A DNA stretch of 64,000 nucleotides, from assembly GCA_034669905.1 (NCBI GenBank), contig JAXMOL010000003.1, forward strand, positions 185,613-249,612. Direction: 5' to 3'. This document shows, piece after piece, positions 46,321-57,144 of this stretch (position 1 is the stretch's first letter; the number at the start of each line of letters is the position of its first letter). A model generated the notes under the pieces. The model made no database searches. It saw only the letters and a list, made by a program, of their open reading frames with translations, and was not told the origin of the DNA. The translations under genes were made by a program, and so were the position numbers. This stretch comes from Candidatus Hydrogenedentota bacterium. GTDB lineage: Bacteria; Hydrogenedentota; Hydrogenedentia; Hydrogenedentales; JAEUWI01.

Positions 46321-48213
46321 CTATCGGTCACCATGGTGCTGCCGCCACAGTGAGAGCATCACCAAGGCAAAGAGACGGTAGCCGTGGTCCCGTTTTCCCG
46401 ATTGATGGGCTTCGAGCATGGCACGGACACCTCCATCCCGCAGGTAGGGCAGCGCGTCGCGGGATAAGAGCGTGTCGTGGACCAATTCTTTCCACGGCCC
46501 GGCAATCCAATGGGACACGGGGGAGTTGAAGCCCGCCTTCTTTCGACGAATCACTCCGTCGGGCACATGGCCCCGAGATACGCGGCGCATGAGATGCTTA
46601 CCCCGCAGGCCCCGAAGTTTTTCCTGTGGCGGGAGGCCCGCGCAAAATTCTACCAGGCGATGATCGAGGAAGGGACTGCGTACTTCCAGCCCATGGGCCA
46701 TACTCGCACGATCCACCTTCACCAGAATGTCACTCGCGAGCCAGGTCTTATAGTCTACGTAGAGCATGCGGTCCAGGGGGTTAAGTGTGGGCACAGCGTC
46801 GTAGGCGGTGCGGAACGACGCAAGGGCATCAAAGGAGTCGAGCGACAGATCGGGTGAAACCAGTCCACGAAGTTCTTCTTCCGACTGGAGCATGCGCCAC
46901 CAGCCGTGGGCATCGCAGGCGTTGCGATGGGCGCCCCCGATAAACTGTTTCATTTTAAAGAGGGGACCGACTTTGCTGCGCTGGTCCGGCAATTGCATGG
47001 CCAAGGCGCGTGCGGCAGCCAACAGGGGCTTGGGGACCCCATGGAAAACCCGGTGCAGTCGGTCGGCCGCATGGGTTGTGTAGCCCGCGAGTAATTCGTC
47101 GCCCCCATCGCCCGAGAGCGCCACCGTGAGATGTTGGCGGGCCTCACGACACAATACGTAGGTGGGGAGTATAGAGGTGTCGGCGAAAGGCTCATCGAGG
47201 TGACGGGCTACTTCCAACAGCAACGCCGGATCCTCACAGGTGACCGTGGCGTCATGGTGGGAAGTGCCCAGTTCCTCGGCGACGAGTTGGGCCCAGGGCA
47301 GTTCGCTATAACTGCGCTCCTCAAAACCCATGCTGAAGGTTTTCAAGGGGCTCCGCTGTGCCAGCATGCGCGCGCAGATTAAACTCGAGTCGAGCCCACC
47401 ACTGAGGAAGGCCCCGAGGGGTACCTCACTTTCCAGTCGGTCGCCCACCGCCTGATCGAGGAGGTGGTTGAATTCATCGGCCGCCGCCGCGCCAATGGTA
47501 TCTTGTGAAGACTGGCGGGCCGTCCAGATGGCCGCCAAGTCCCAGTAGCAACGTTGTTCGATGGGGCTTCCGGGAGACCAGGTGAGCATTGTGCCGGGAG
47601 CCGGTTGCCGGACCCCTTGGAGGATAGCCTCTTCTCCAATGATGTAGCCGAGGCTCAGATAGTGGAGGAGTGCGTGTTCGTTGAGGCCGTGCCTGGCCAC
47701 CGGGGCGCTCCGCAGTGCCCGCAATTCCGACGCGAAATACAGGTCGCCATCCGCCCCTTCGGCCCAATACAAGGGCTTTACGCCCAGGCGATCCCGCACG
47801 AGGTAGAGACGCCGTTCCCGACCGTCCCAGAGGGCGAAGGCAAACATGCCCACCAGGCGCGACAGCAACGGCTCCATACCCCACGCGGCGTAGCCCCGGA
47901 GCAGCACTTCCGTATCCGATTCGGTGCGGAAGACCGCGCCCTGATTTTCCAGCTCCTGTCGCAGGGCACGAAAGTTGTAGATTTCCCCATTGAAAGTCAC
48001 GGTCAGGTCGCGCGCGGAATCATGCATAGGTTGGGCCCCTGTGTCCACCCCAATAACGGCCAGACGGCGGTGTCCCAGACCGATGTGCGCGGCGCACCAC
48101 GTGCCCCGACCATCAGGACCACGGTGGGCGAGGGAGTCGGTCATCTCGTCGAGCAGGGCCGGGTCCGGAGCTTGCTCGGGAGAGGAAAGGGCCATACCGC
48201 AAATGCCACACAT
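46321..48213 (-). CDS. asnB: asparagine synthase (glutamine-hydrolysing) family amidotransferase
   Basis: MCGICG, HRGPDG, NGEIYN, LSGGLDSS, LSGDGGDE, DRASMAHGLEVRSPFLD. Confidence 0.94.
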   Translation of the reverse strand: MCGICGMALSSPEQAPDPALLDEMTDSLAHRGPDGRGTWCAAHIGLGHRRLAVIGVDTGAQPMHDSARDLTVTFNGEIYNFRALRQELENQGAVFRTESDTEVLLRGYAAWGMEPLLSRLVGMFAFALWDGRERRLYLVRDRLGVKPLYWAEGADGDLYFASELRALRSAPVARHGLNEHALLHYLSLGYIIGEEAILQGVRQPAPGTMLTWSPGSPIEQRCYWDLAAIWTARQSSQDTIGAAAADEFNHLLDQAVGDRLESEVPLGAFLSGGLDSSLICARMLAQRSPLKTFSMGFEERSYSELPWAQLVAEELGTSHHDATVTCEDPALLLEVARHLDEPFADTSILPTYVLCREARQHLTVALSGDGGDELLAGYTTHAADRLHRVFHGVPKPLLAAARALAMQLPDQRSKVGPLFKMKQFIGGAHRNACDAHGWWRMLQSEEELRGLVSPDLSLDSFDALASFRTAYDAVPTLNPLDRMLYVDYKTWLASDILVKVDRASMAHGLEVRSPFLDHRLVEFCAGLPPQEKLRGLRGKHLMRRVSRGHVPDGVIRRKKAGFNSPVSHWIAGPWKELVHDTLLSRDALPYLRDGGVRAMLEAHQSGKRDHGYRLFALVMLSLWRQHHGDR

Positions 48214-48271
48214 AAATTAGCGCGCCCTTCGGTGGGTGCCGGTTGCGTTTCCGGTGCGGACCGTCGCTGCC

Positions 48272-49195
48272 TTATCGCCGCAACGCATCATCGTTCCGAG
48301 GTACGTAGCCGCGATCCGGTGCTACCACGTCGGCGACACCAAGCTGGTTTCGAATCGCATGAAATCCGATGGCGAGGATAAGGTTGGCCGTGCAGAACCC
48401 GAGGCTGAGCAACACCAGGAACGGAAAGGCGCTTGGGAAGATACCGAGAACGAGCAGGGAAAGCAGCGTGATGGCGGTGACGGCGCCCGCCTGTATGAGA
48501 AAGAGCTTAATCGGATTGAACAAAATGATCGTCATGACAATGATTTGCAGGGCCCGTCGGGTATCGCGAAAGAGGTGGACGTGACTGTTTCCGGTGCGCG
48601 CATAATATTCGATGGGGCGGTAGTCCACGTGCTGATTGGTTTGGAAGGCAATGATGGTGATGCTGGTCGTAAACGAAAATCCGCCCGAAAGCGCCGGAGC
48701 GAAGCGCAGCACCATATCGCGCCGCAGAATACGCAGGCCACTATTGATGTCCGGGATGCGTCGGCCCACCACGAACTGGGCGAGGTGGCGGAAAAAGTAG
48801 CGTAACGTAGCCTTGAAGGCGCTCTGGTAGTAGTGTATTCCCTGGCGGGCCCCCACGAGCATATCGAGATCCCGCATTTCTGCGTCGCGGAGCATTTCCG
48901 GGAGGGCATCAATAGGATAGGTGCCATCGGCATCGGCAATACCTATCCAGGTGTATCGGGCGTTCCGGATGCCCGTGAGGAGTGCATTGCCATAGCCCTT
49001 GTTGGTGGGATGGGCGATTACCCGTGCGGTGGTCGCCCGTGCTTTGGCGAGGGTGTCATCCGTTGAGCAGTCATCTACCACGATGACTTCGAACTCGTGG
49101 CCCGTCTCTTCAAAGGCCCGGGTAACTGCGCTGACCGTTTCTTCGAGTGATTCGGCCTCATTAAACGCCGGAATAATGATGCTAATGTCGCCCAT
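48272..49195 (-). CDS. glycosyltransferase family 2 with C-terminal TM helices
   Basis: IIPAFNE, VVDDCSTDDT, NKGYG, DADGTYP, IPDINSGLR. Confidence 0.92.
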   Translation of the reverse strand: MGDISIIIPAFNEAESLEETVSAVTRAFEETGHEFEVIVVDDCSTDDTLAKARATTARVIAHPTNKGYGNALLTGIRNARYTWIGIADADGTYPIDALPEMLRDAEMRDLDMLVGARQGIHYYQSAFKATLRYFFRHLAQFVVGRRIPDINSGLRILRRDMVLRFAPALSGGFSFTTSITIIAFQTNQHVDYRPIEYYARTGNSHVHLFRDTRRALQIIVMTIILFNPIKLFLIQAGAVTAITLLSLLVLGIFPSAFPFLVLLSLGFCTANLILAIGFHAIRNQLGVADVVAPDRGYVPRNDDALRR

Positions 49196-49391
49196 GGCAT
49201 TCCCCTCTGCCGTACTAGCAAAAACGTCTAAGACCTCAGCAGTGTAGTGGGTCGAGCACGTCATGTCAACCCCTGCAATCGATCCGCCCTGCGCTATAGC
49301 CGGTGCCGTGTCCGTCTTGATACAATAGGCCGATACTTTTTCGCCAATACCTACAGGCCCTCGTGTCCTGCCAACAGAAAGTTCTTCCACC

Positions 49392-50675
49392 ATGACTATG
49401 GAAACCTCCAAACGACTCTTTGACGAAGCCAATAAGACCCTGGTGGGCGGGGTAAACAGCCCTGTGCGCGCCTTTAACGGAGTGGGGGGCCATCCTTTCT
49501 TCGTGCACTCGGGCAACGGGCCTGTGCTCACCGATGTGGATGGGAACGAGCTTATTGACTACGTGCTCTCTTGGGGGCCATTGATTCTCGGGCACTGCAA
49601 TCCCATGGTCGAGTCGGCGGTACGGGAGGCCCTGTCGCGCGGGGCGAGTTTCGGCATTCCCACCGAGGCAGAGATTCAGTTGGCGGAGAAACTGGTGGCG
49701 ATGGTGCCTTGTCTGGAAAAAGTGCGGCTGGTAAACAGCGGCACCGAAGCCACCATGAGCGCCATTCGCCTGGCCCGGGGCTACACGGGCCGGGACCTCA
49801 TCGTGAAAGTGGAAGGCTGTTACCACGGCCATGTGGACAGCCTGCTCGTGAAAGCGGGCAGTGGCCTGACGACCCTGGGTGTGCCCACCAGCCCGGGAAT
49901 TCCCGAGGGTATTGCGGCCACCACCCTGACCGTGCCCTTCAATGATTTGGCCGCCCTGGAAGCCGTATTCGCGGCCCATGGTGATCAGATCGCGGGGGTG
50001 ATCATTGAACCGGTGGCCGGCAATATGGGCGTCATTCCCCCGGAAGAGGGCTACCTGGCCGGCATACAGAAAATCACCAAAGGCCACGGCGCTCTCCTGA
50101 TTTTTGATGAAGTGATGACCGGATTCCGCGTGGCCCTTGGCGGTGCCCAGGAACGCTACGGAATCACCCCCGATCTCTGCACGCTGGGCAAAGTCATTGG
50201 CGGCGGATTGCCCGTGGGCGCCTACGGCGGTTCGGCGGAAATTATGGACCACCTTTCGCCCCTGGGGCCGGTTTATCAGGCGGGCACCCTTTCGGGCAAC
50301 CCTCTGGCCACGGCAGCGGGATTGGCGGCCTTGGGCGCTCTTTCCGAAAGCGGCGTTTTTGATGCCATCGAAGAAAAGCTGTCCGTGTTGGGCGAAGGAA
50401 TGGCGGATATTGCGAAAGAGGCCGGTATTCCCATTTACCAAACCCAGGTCGGCACCATGGCCTGTATGTTCTTCCACGAGGGGCCCGTGCGGAATTATGA
50501 AGAAGCCACGGCGTCCAACACGGAGCGGTATGGAAAGTTCTTCTGGGGTATGCTCGAGCGGGGCGTGTATTTCGCACCGTCCCAGTTTGAGGCCTGCTTC
50601 ATGAGCGCGGCCCATGAGGAAGAGGAGCTCAACAAAACCCTCGATGCGGCGCGGGAAGTTTTTGCGACGCTTTAG
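49392..50675 (+). CDS. hemL: glutamate-1-semialdehyde 2,1-aminomutase
   Basis: GGVNSPVRAF, NSGTEATM, YHGH, FDEVMTGFR, LGKVIGGGLP, AGTLSGNP, APSQFE. Confidence 0.97.
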   Translation: MTMETSKRLFDEANKTLVGGVNSPVRAFNGVGGHPFFVHSGNGPVLTDVDGNELIDYVLSWGPLILGHCNPMVESAVREALSRGASFGIPTEAEIQLAEKLVAMVPCLEKVRLVNSGTEATMSAIRLARGYTGRDLIVKVEGCYHGHVDSLLVKAGSGLTTLGVPTSPGIPEGIAATTLTVPFNDLAALEAVFAAHGDQIAGVIIEPVAGNMGVIPPEEGYLAGIQKITKGHGALLIFDEVMTGFRVALGGAQERYGITPDLCTLGKVIGGGLPVGAYGGSAEIMDHLSPLGPVYQAGTLSGNPLATAAGLAALGALSESGVFDAIEEKLSVLGEGMADIAKEAGIPIYQTQVGTMACMFFHEGPVRNYEEATASNTERYGKFFWGMLERGVYFAPSQFEACFMSAAHEEEELNKTLDAAREVFATL

Positions 50676-50746
50676 AGTAGGGAACGGGACGGCAGAGACA
50701 TGAGGGACTACAGGGACGAACATTTAGTCGTTGAGGGAGGGGCCCA

Positions 50747-51319
50747 ATGAGTTCGGATAACAGCGAGAAGCGTTTGACGAAGAAGTTGGGCCCTCTGGCT
50801 TTTGATGCGGAAGACTTGCGGCGGGTCGCGGAGCATATGGCTCGTCTCGGAGACGTGCAGATTCGCCGCTTTGGGGTGGACTATCCCGATTGGGAAGCCT
50901 TTACCCGTGCCCACAATGCCCCGTATCGCACACTTTATTTTGTGCTACCGACCTTGGAAGTGCAGTTGACGAGTAAATCTGGAGCGATTTTTTATGTTCC
51001 GGAGTCGGAGGACGAAGCCATCGCAATGGAAAAGTTCCTCGGAGCTTTCCAGGAAACGCCAATAGTGCAATATCGTTACCTTTATGGGTTGATGCTATTT
51101 ATAGCGGCGATGGCGGCGGTCAGAATGGGACAATATCACGTGTTGCTATTGTGCTTCGTCATTCTGGGGCTATTTGCCCATACACTTGATGATGCCATGT
51201 CACGGAAAGACCAAATGAGACGACGGAAAGGTCCATTGAACGATTTTAAGATGGCCTGGGCATTGCTCTTTTTGGGGATTTTTGTCGCGAAATTACTCGT
51301 AAATTTTATGGGTTCGTAG
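50747..51319 (+). CDS. hypothetical membrane protein
   Basis: GGAGG RBS, three C-terminal hydrophobic helices, lower GC. Confidence 0.75.
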   Translation: MSSDNSEKRLTKKLGPLAFDAEDLRRVAEHMARLGDVQIRRFGVDYPDWEAFTRAHNAPYRTLYFVLPTLEVQLTSKSGAIFYVPESEDEAIAMEKFLGAFQETPIVQYRYLYGLMLFIAAMAAVRMGQYHVLLLCFVILGLFAHTLDDAMSRKDQMRRRKGPLNDFKMAWALLFLGIFVAKLLVNFMGS

Positions 51320-51361
51320 GGTGCGACCGGATTCTTCGGTCTTGTAGTTGCGCCCTCTCTT

Positions 51362-51436
51362 TTTTCCGTGTAATTCCGTGTCTTCCGTGGTAGAACTAGT
51401 TTTATGACCACGGAAGACACGGAATTACACGGAAAA
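51362..51436. repeat. back-to-back pair of (CACGGAA)x3 repeats (copies F and G)
   Basis: ttttccgtgtaattccgtgtcttccgtggtag-aactagttttatg-accacggaagacacggaattacacggaaaa. Confidence 0.92.
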
Positions 51437-51601
51437 ATATCAATTATCAGGTGGCGAATGGAGTTTGTTGCGACCGCGCTGTCATGGGAGATTGTGACCA
51501 GGGAAGTGACATTTGGACAGGTGTCACCGGCTTGAGGAATCCATGGTATGCTGGTTGTCCGGGGGCAGGATTGGGATGGATTCGCGTCAAAGGAGAGCGT
51601 C

Positions 51602-53278
51602 ATGCGTTGGTTGTTGGGACTGTTGTCTCTTGTTGTTTGTGTAATGTCCCCGGCAGAGCTGCCGGCAAAGACGGTGGTGCTGACCTTCGATGATTCGGTG
51701 AAGTCTCACCTTACGGTCGTGGCACCCGCACTGAAGGAACGGGGCTTTGGCGGGACCTTCTTTATCTCCCAGCTCTGGATGAATGACCCGGAACACTTTC
51801 TTTCCTGGGAGGAAGTGGCCACCATCCACGAGATGGGTTTTGAAATCGGAAATCACACCTGGACGCACCTCGGCGTCAACGACCCTGCCGACGCGGCCCT
51901 ATTGGAGGGCGAATTGGCGCTGGTAGAGTATGCCCTGCGTAAGGTCGGGGTTCCCAAGCCCATTTCCTTCGCCTGGCCGGGTAACCAATTCAGTATCGAA
52001 GGTGTGGCGGTGTTGGAAGCCGCAGGATACAAGCTGGCGCGCCGGGGCATGCAGCCCGAGATGCCCTACGGACGCATTGAAATTGGACCCCGCTACGAAC
52101 CCGCACGCCACCATCCCCTGCTCATTCCCACGACGGGCGACGGTTATCCCGATTGGACGCTGGAGCACTTTAAGAAACTGGTGAACAGCGGCAAGCCCGG
52201 CGAGCCGGTGATTGTCCAGTTTCATGGCGTTCCCGACATCACCCACCCCTGGGTGCACACGCCGCCCGAGCGCTTCATGGAATACATGGACTACCTCAAG
52301 GCCGAGGGTTTTCACGTGATCGCCCTGCGCGACCTGCTGCCCCTGGCGGAGGCGAATCCCGAGGCCAGGGACATGCCCGCCATGCGGTACCGGTTGCCCA
52401 AAGAGGGCAAGCCGATGCTGCCTCCCGAAGTGAGGGCGACGCGGGCGGACCTGGGTTTCTGGATGGAAAACATGCTGGTCCATCACGGTTTCTCGCTGGA
52501 AGAGGCCGCCCAGGTGACCGGGTGGGACATGGAAACGGTTACGCAGATAGCCTCGGCCATGACCTTTGCCCAACCAGAAACATCAGCGACCTTGAAGGTG
52601 TTGCCCTATCCCGGTGGGCGTCATCCTCGCATTGGATTCTTGGATGGTGCCATCGCTCCCCATCGCGGCACCAAGGCCAGCATCTTTTCGCCCTGGTCCG
52701 ACGGGGGCTACGTGGTCCTCGATGTGCCGGAAGCTATCTGGCACGAGGGCGAACTCATCTATCTTGCCCACACCCATATTCCTACGTATTGGGACAAGCA
52801 GAACGTGCGTATCGAGAACATGGACTGGGTGCGTTCCGAAACGGGTTTGCATTTCGAGCGGGAGCTGCCGAATGCCGTGAAGTTTGGCGTCGAACTGTTG
52901 CCCGGGGACAAGGTGGTGGAGGTGGATCTCTGGCTGGAGAATGGCACCGAAGAAACCCTTACGGGACTCCGTTCTCAGGTCTGTGTCATGTTGAAGGAAA
53001 TGCCGGGTTTTTCGGCCCAGACCAACGACAACAAAACCTTCGAGCAGCCCGTTACCGTGGTTCGCAGCGAAGACGGGAAGCGCGCTATTCTGATCGCCTT
53101 CCAATACATCAACCGCTGTTGGGGCAACAAGGGCTGTCCCTGCGCCCACGCGGACCCGAAATTCCCGGACGCCAAGCCGGGCGAGCGACACCACGTCAAA
53201 GGGCGCGTCTGGTTTTACGAAGGAGACGATGTGGCGGCGGCACGAGAAGCCGCGGCGGCATGGGTTGGTGAAGTCTAG
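51602..53278 (+). CDS. polysaccharide deacetylase (NodB-type) with long C-terminal domain
   Basis: Signal peptide, LTFDD, EIGNHTWTH, FAWPG, FHG. AAGGAG RBS. Confidence 0.88.
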   Translation: MRWLLGLLSLVVCVMSPAELPAKTVVLTFDDSVKSHLTVVAPALKERGFGGTFFISQLWMNDPEHFLSWEEVATIHEMGFEIGNHTWTHLGVNDPADAALLEGELALVEYALRKVGVPKPISFAWPGNQFSIEGVAVLEAAGYKLARRGMQPEMPYGRIEIGPRYEPARHHPLLIPTTGDGYPDWTLEHFKKLVNSGKPGEPVIVQFHGVPDITHPWVHTPPERFMEYMDYLKAEGFHVIALRDLLPLAEANPEARDMPAMRYRLPKEGKPMLPPEVRATRADLGFWMENMLVHHGFSLEEAAQVTGWDMETVTQIASAMTFAQPETSATLKVLPYPGGRHPRIGFLDGAIAPHRGTKASIFSPWSDGGYVVLDVPEAIWHEGELIYLAHTHIPTYWDKQNVRIENMDWVRSETGLHFERELPNAVKFGVELLPGDKVVEVDLWLENGTEETLTGLRSQVCVMLKEMPGFSAQTNDNKTFEQPVTVVRSEDGKRAILIAFQYINRCWGNKGCPCAHADPKFPDAKPGERHHVKGRVWFYEGDDVAAAREAAAAWVGEV

Positions 53279-53361
53279 AATTTAGCGTTGAGTCTGCCAC
53301 CCTCAAGATCGGGATTAGGGTGATCTAGTGAGAGCCTTGGGTTCAGCCCAAGAATCTCCAA

Positions 53362-53559
53362 GGGTGCCACCCTTACGCGGAGGAGCGAAGCGAGGGGGCT
53401 TACGGGTGCGGGTGCGCGGAAGATAGCGCAATTCGGTAAGGCGGTCAGCGACGCGGCGGTGTTTTTCTCCGCGCAGGCTTTTCATCTTGGCTCATGTTTG
53501 CCGTGGTGGCCTTGCACCCGTAAAGCCGCTCGTACCTCGCGTCTGTAAGGGTGGCACCC
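53362..53559. repeat. inverted repeat element, GGGTGCCACCC family
   Basis: gggtgccacccttac..ttacgggtgc ... gcacccgtaa..gtaagggtggcaccc. Confidence 0.8.
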
Positions 53560-53591
53560 CCTCGGTGTTGAGGATGGGACGTGGAGCTTGC

Positions 53592-53634
53592 AAAAAAAAA
53601 GACCCCCACCGGCATCCATCTGCGGGCGGGGGTG
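53592..53634 (-). terminator. probable terminator of the HAD gene
   Basis: A9 tract plus an imperfect accccc..gggggt hairpin. Confidence 0.55.
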
Positions 53635-53656
53635 TTTGGCTTTTAACGTGTGTGGC

Positions 53657-54463
53657 CTATGCCGTCAGGGCGAATTCGCCGTTGACACTTTCCTGGAGAA
53701 AATCCTGGTTGTACAGGTCCGCAATGGAATTCACCACCAGGTCGGGCTTGTAACCAAAGTGCTTGAGGTCTTCCCGGTTGGTGCCACCGGAGAGGACGAG
53801 GATGGTGCGGTATCCCATGTTCACCCCGCCGAGGATGTCGGTCTCCATGGTATCCCCGATCATGGTGGTTTCGCCTGCCGACAGCCCGAGTTCTTTCCGT
53901 GCCGCCCGCATCATGATGGGGCTGGGTTTGCCCACGCTGAAGGCCTTGACGCCCGTCGCGGCTTCCAGCATAGCGACCGTCGCGCCACAGCCGGGCCGGA
54001 TACCCGTGGGCGTGGGGCAGCTGGTGTCCAGGTTGGTGGCGATAAGTTTTGCACCACCCTGGATGTAGTTGACCGCCTGCTCGACCAATTCGAGGTTGAG
54101 CGTGCGCCCTTCGCCCACCACCACATAGTCCGGGTCGTGATCCACGATGGCATAGCCACTGTCGTGGAGGGCATTGAGAAGGCCCCCTTCGCCGATGACG
54201 AAGGCCGTGCCGTTGGGTTTCTGTTGGGCCAGGAATTGGGCCGTGGCCATGCCGCAGGTGAAGATGTGTTTTTCGTCCACATCAAAGTCGCGTCGGCGGA
54301 GTTTGATGGCCATATCGCGACGGGTACGCTGGCTGTTGTTGGTGAGAAAGAGGAAGGGGATTTTGCGGGCGCGGAGGGCAGCGACGAATTCGACGGCCCC
54401 CTGAATCATTTCATTGCCCCGGTAGATGACCCCATCCATGTCGATGAGAAAACCGTGTTTCAT
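53657..54463 (-). CDS. HAD-IIA family hydrolase (NagD-like)
   Basis: LIDMDGVIY, LTNNS, IATNLD, VGKPS, MIGDTMETDI. AAGGA RBS. Confidence 0.92.
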   Translation of the reverse strand: MKHGFLIDMDGVIYRGNEMIQGAVEFVAALRARKIPFLFLTNNSQRTRRDMAIKLRRRDFDVDEKHIFTCGMATAQFLAQQKPNGTAFVIGEGGLLNALHDSGYAIVDHDPDYVVVGEGRTLNLELVEQAVNYIQGGAKLIATNLDTSCPTPTGIRPGCGATVAMLEAATGVKAFSVGKPSPIMMRAARKELGLSAGETTMIGDTMETDILGGVNMGYRTILVLSGGTNREDLKHFGYKPDLVVNSIADLYNQDFLQESVNGEFALTA

Positions 54464-54734
54464 GGTATTCCTTTCTGGGGCGGAGGGCCGTGTCCGCACG
54501 ACCGCTTTCGGTCGCCCCGTCGTGTTTTTCTTTTTCTTGTTTATCTTGGTCACGGGAATGATACCCGGTGGATGTGCAGATTCTGTTAGGGCGGTATTAA
54601 TTTTCCGGGCGGAGTCTTTCCCACCGGCTGAGGAAATACTACGCGCCTCCTATATTATTGCGATTAGGAATGGGTTTTATTTTTCCAGCAGGCCGAGCGC
54701 GTTATACTGAGCGTAGAAGGGAGGCCGCGCCTTT

Positions 54735-55601
54735 TTGGAACTGGGAAAACTCTACATTGGGACCGCTGGCTGGTCTTATGCCGATTGGAATGGCATTGTG
54801 TACCCCGCCAAACGGGGACGTACCTTCCATGCCCTCGATTGTTTGCAGCAGTGGTTTAACACCGTGGAGATCAACTCCAGCTTCTACCGTCCACCGAGCC
54901 CCAAACATGCCGAGTCCTGGGTGAAGCGGGTGGCCGAGCGGGAGGACTTCCTGTTCACCGCGAAACTCTGGGAACGCTTTACCCACCACCGGGATTCCTG
55001 GCCGACGCCATCGGAGATTGCCCAATACCGCGATGGCATCGCGCCACTGAAGGAAGCGGGAAGGCTGGGCGCGGTGCTGGTCCAATTTCCGTGGAGCTTT
55101 CGGCGCACGCCGGAGAATCGCATCTGGCTGGGGAAGGTGGCGGACGAGTTTGCGGACTATCCGCTGGTGGTGGAGCTGCGCCACAGCACGTGGGACCTGC
55201 CCGAGGTCTACGCGGGCCTGCGGGAACGGGACATCGCCTTCTGTAACATCGACCAGCCCATTTTCAAGGATTCCATTGAGCCGTCAGACCACGTGACCGC
55301 GCCCATGGCGTACGTTCGTTTTCACGGGCGGAACTACGACAATTGGTTTCGGGAAGGCGCGGGGCAGAACGAGCGCTACGACTATCTCTATAGCGAAGAC
55401 GAGCTCAGGCCCTGGCTAACGAAGTTGAAGACGATGCAGGCGAAGGCGGAGAAGGTCTACGTGGTGACCAACAACCACTTTCAGGGCCAGGCGGTGGTGA
55501 ATGCGCTGGAGATTCAGGCGGGGCTGGGTGGGGATGTGGGGGAATTGCCCGAGTTGCTTGTTGCGCGGTACCCGCGGCTGGGAAGTTTGGAGGGCGCATA
55601 G
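54735..55601 (+). CDS. DUF72 domain protein
   Basis: IGTAGWSY, TVEINSSFY, VQFP.SF, VELRH, YVRFHGRN, RYDYLYS, NN. Confidence 0.92.
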   Translation: MELGKLYIGTAGWSYADWNGIVYPAKRGRTFHALDCLQQWFNTVEINSSFYRPPSPKHAESWVKRVAEREDFLFTAKLWERFTHHRDSWPTPSEIAQYRDGIAPLKEAGRLGAVLVQFPWSFRRTPENRIWLGKVADEFADYPLVVELRHSTWDLPEVYAGLRERDIAFCNIDQPIFKDSIEPSDHVTAPMAYVRFHGRNYDNWFREGAGQNERYDYLYSEDELRPWLTKLKTMQAKAEKVYVVTNNHFQGQAVVNALEIQAGLGGDVGELPELLVARYPRLGSLEGA

Positions 55602-55686
55602 CGTCCGCCGCAGGCGGAAAGGGTGAAGAATCCGGCGAATAGCTTTCGGGTTTGGGCGGTATTCGTTGTAGTGATTCGGAGGTTGG

Positions 55687-57144
55687 ATGAACGAGGAAGA
55701 TATTGGGAACGGGGTAGTCGTATTTCCACCGGTTCCGCCCACCGTGGCGGAGGTCGTGTGGCGGTGGGTCCGGGTTTCGGTCGTGACACTGGTATGTTTC
55801 GAGATCGCCTGGGGGCTGTATTATGCCTTTAACTCGGATGAGGCGCTACGCGTTGCACTGGGGCAGGTGATGATCCTGATCGGGATATGGGCCGTCACTG
55901 TAACGTTGGTTGGTATTGCAGTAACCCTGATCCGGAAAGGGCCGTGGGTCCGGTACGTGGTAAACGGCCGGACGTTGGCTGTCTTGCGTCCGGGTGCACC
56001 GGTCCGGTTTGTGAAAAAGGAAGCCTGCGTTGCCATCCACCCCTGGCGCGGGCGCCTATTGTGTCAGCCAGAACAACCGTCGCCACTGCGCCTGAATGCC
56101 ACGTTTGCCAAATACTGGCCGCTGCTATGCAAGCGGTGGTGGCCAGAGGTCTGGGAGAAGGAGGTGTCGCGCTATGCCGTAGGAGGTATGCTACCGGTGC
56201 CGCTGACTATTATTTCCTCCATTCTGGTAATGGGGTTGTTCGCGCCCGCGCTCTCCTATGCCCAGGAAAAGGGTTTCGCGGGGATCGGGGCGACGCTTGT
56301 GGCCTTTGTGCTTTCGGAAATTCTGCCCGGGGCCTGGCTCTGGGCCCACTGGTCCCGGGCGCGTAGTTACAGGTGCTCCCTCGTGGAGGAGAAACCGACG
56401 GAGGAGCAAGGTACAGTGACTGGGCCGGGCGGTGTTTCGCGGTTTCCTCAACAGGCACCGACATGGAGGAGGATACTCGGGCCACCCATCGCGGGGCTAC
56501 TTATCGGGGGTATGGGATTGTATTTCTTCGCCGATCTTGTTCCAAACCAGCTCCGGCGTGACGGCGTAGAAATGGACGGGCTCATTCTGAGCATACTGGG
56601 CCCACTGGTCGCGTCATTCCTGGCGTTGCTTGTGTTGCCACTTCTCGGTTTCGTGGATAGCGTCGTCCGGCGGCGGGCCTGGGTTTGTTACATGATCAAC
56701 AGCCGCACCTTGGCCATTTGCGTGCCCGGCAGGGCGACAACCTATGTAAAACGTCGGGATTGCATGCACGGTTACCCGCTCCGAAGACTGCTTGTGCTCC
56801 GGGATGGCCGCAAGGTTTCCCTGGGGCTCTTCCGGGGCGACACCCCAATGTGGGCCTCTGTGTGCGGACGGTGGTGGCCTGGATTGTGCGAGCGAGATAG
56901 CTATTTCGGTATGTCTCTAATCTCGGACGCATTTTTCGGGGGTGTGATGTGGATGTTCATGGTGATGGGTGTTGCGGTCTCCATGAATGTGATCGGGTTT
57001 GACCCAGACGCGGAGGGTGCGTTCGCTCTTGTCGTCAAGGGGTCCGGCGTGGCGGTGACTGCGCTGACACTATTGCTTCGCTGGCGGAATCGACGGCATG
57101 TGGTGGAGTTTGGGGAACCAGGCAGTGAATCGGAGGTAGATTGA
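55687..57144 (+). CDS. hypothetical membrane protein with two internal copies of an unknown domain
   Basis: Motif Y.(V/I)N.RTLA...PG....VK...C...C.RWWP occurs twice. GGAGG RBS. Confidence 0.8.
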   Translation: MNEEDIGNGVVVFPPVPPTVAEVVWRWVRVSVVTLVCFEIAWGLYYAFNSDEALRVALGQVMILIGIWAVTVTLVGIAVTLIRKGPWVRYVVNGRTLAVLRPGAPVRFVKKEACVAIHPWRGRLLCQPEQPSPLRLNATFAKYWPLLCKRWWPEVWEKEVSRYAVGGMLPVPLTIISSILVMGLFAPALSYAQEKGFAGIGATLVAFVLSEILPGAWLWAHWSRARSYRCSLVEEKPTEEQGTVTGPGGVSRFPQQAPTWRRILGPPIAGLLIGGMGLYFFADLVPNQLRRDGVEMDGLILSILGPLVASFLALLVLPLLGFVDSVVRRRAWVCYMINSRTLAICVPGRATTYVKRRDCMHGYPLRRLLVLRDGRKVSLGLFRGDTPMWASVCGRWWPGLCERDSYFGMSLISDAFFGGVMWMFMVMGVAVSMNVIGFDPDAEGAFALVVKGSGVAVTALTLLLRWRNRRHVVEFGEPGSESEVD

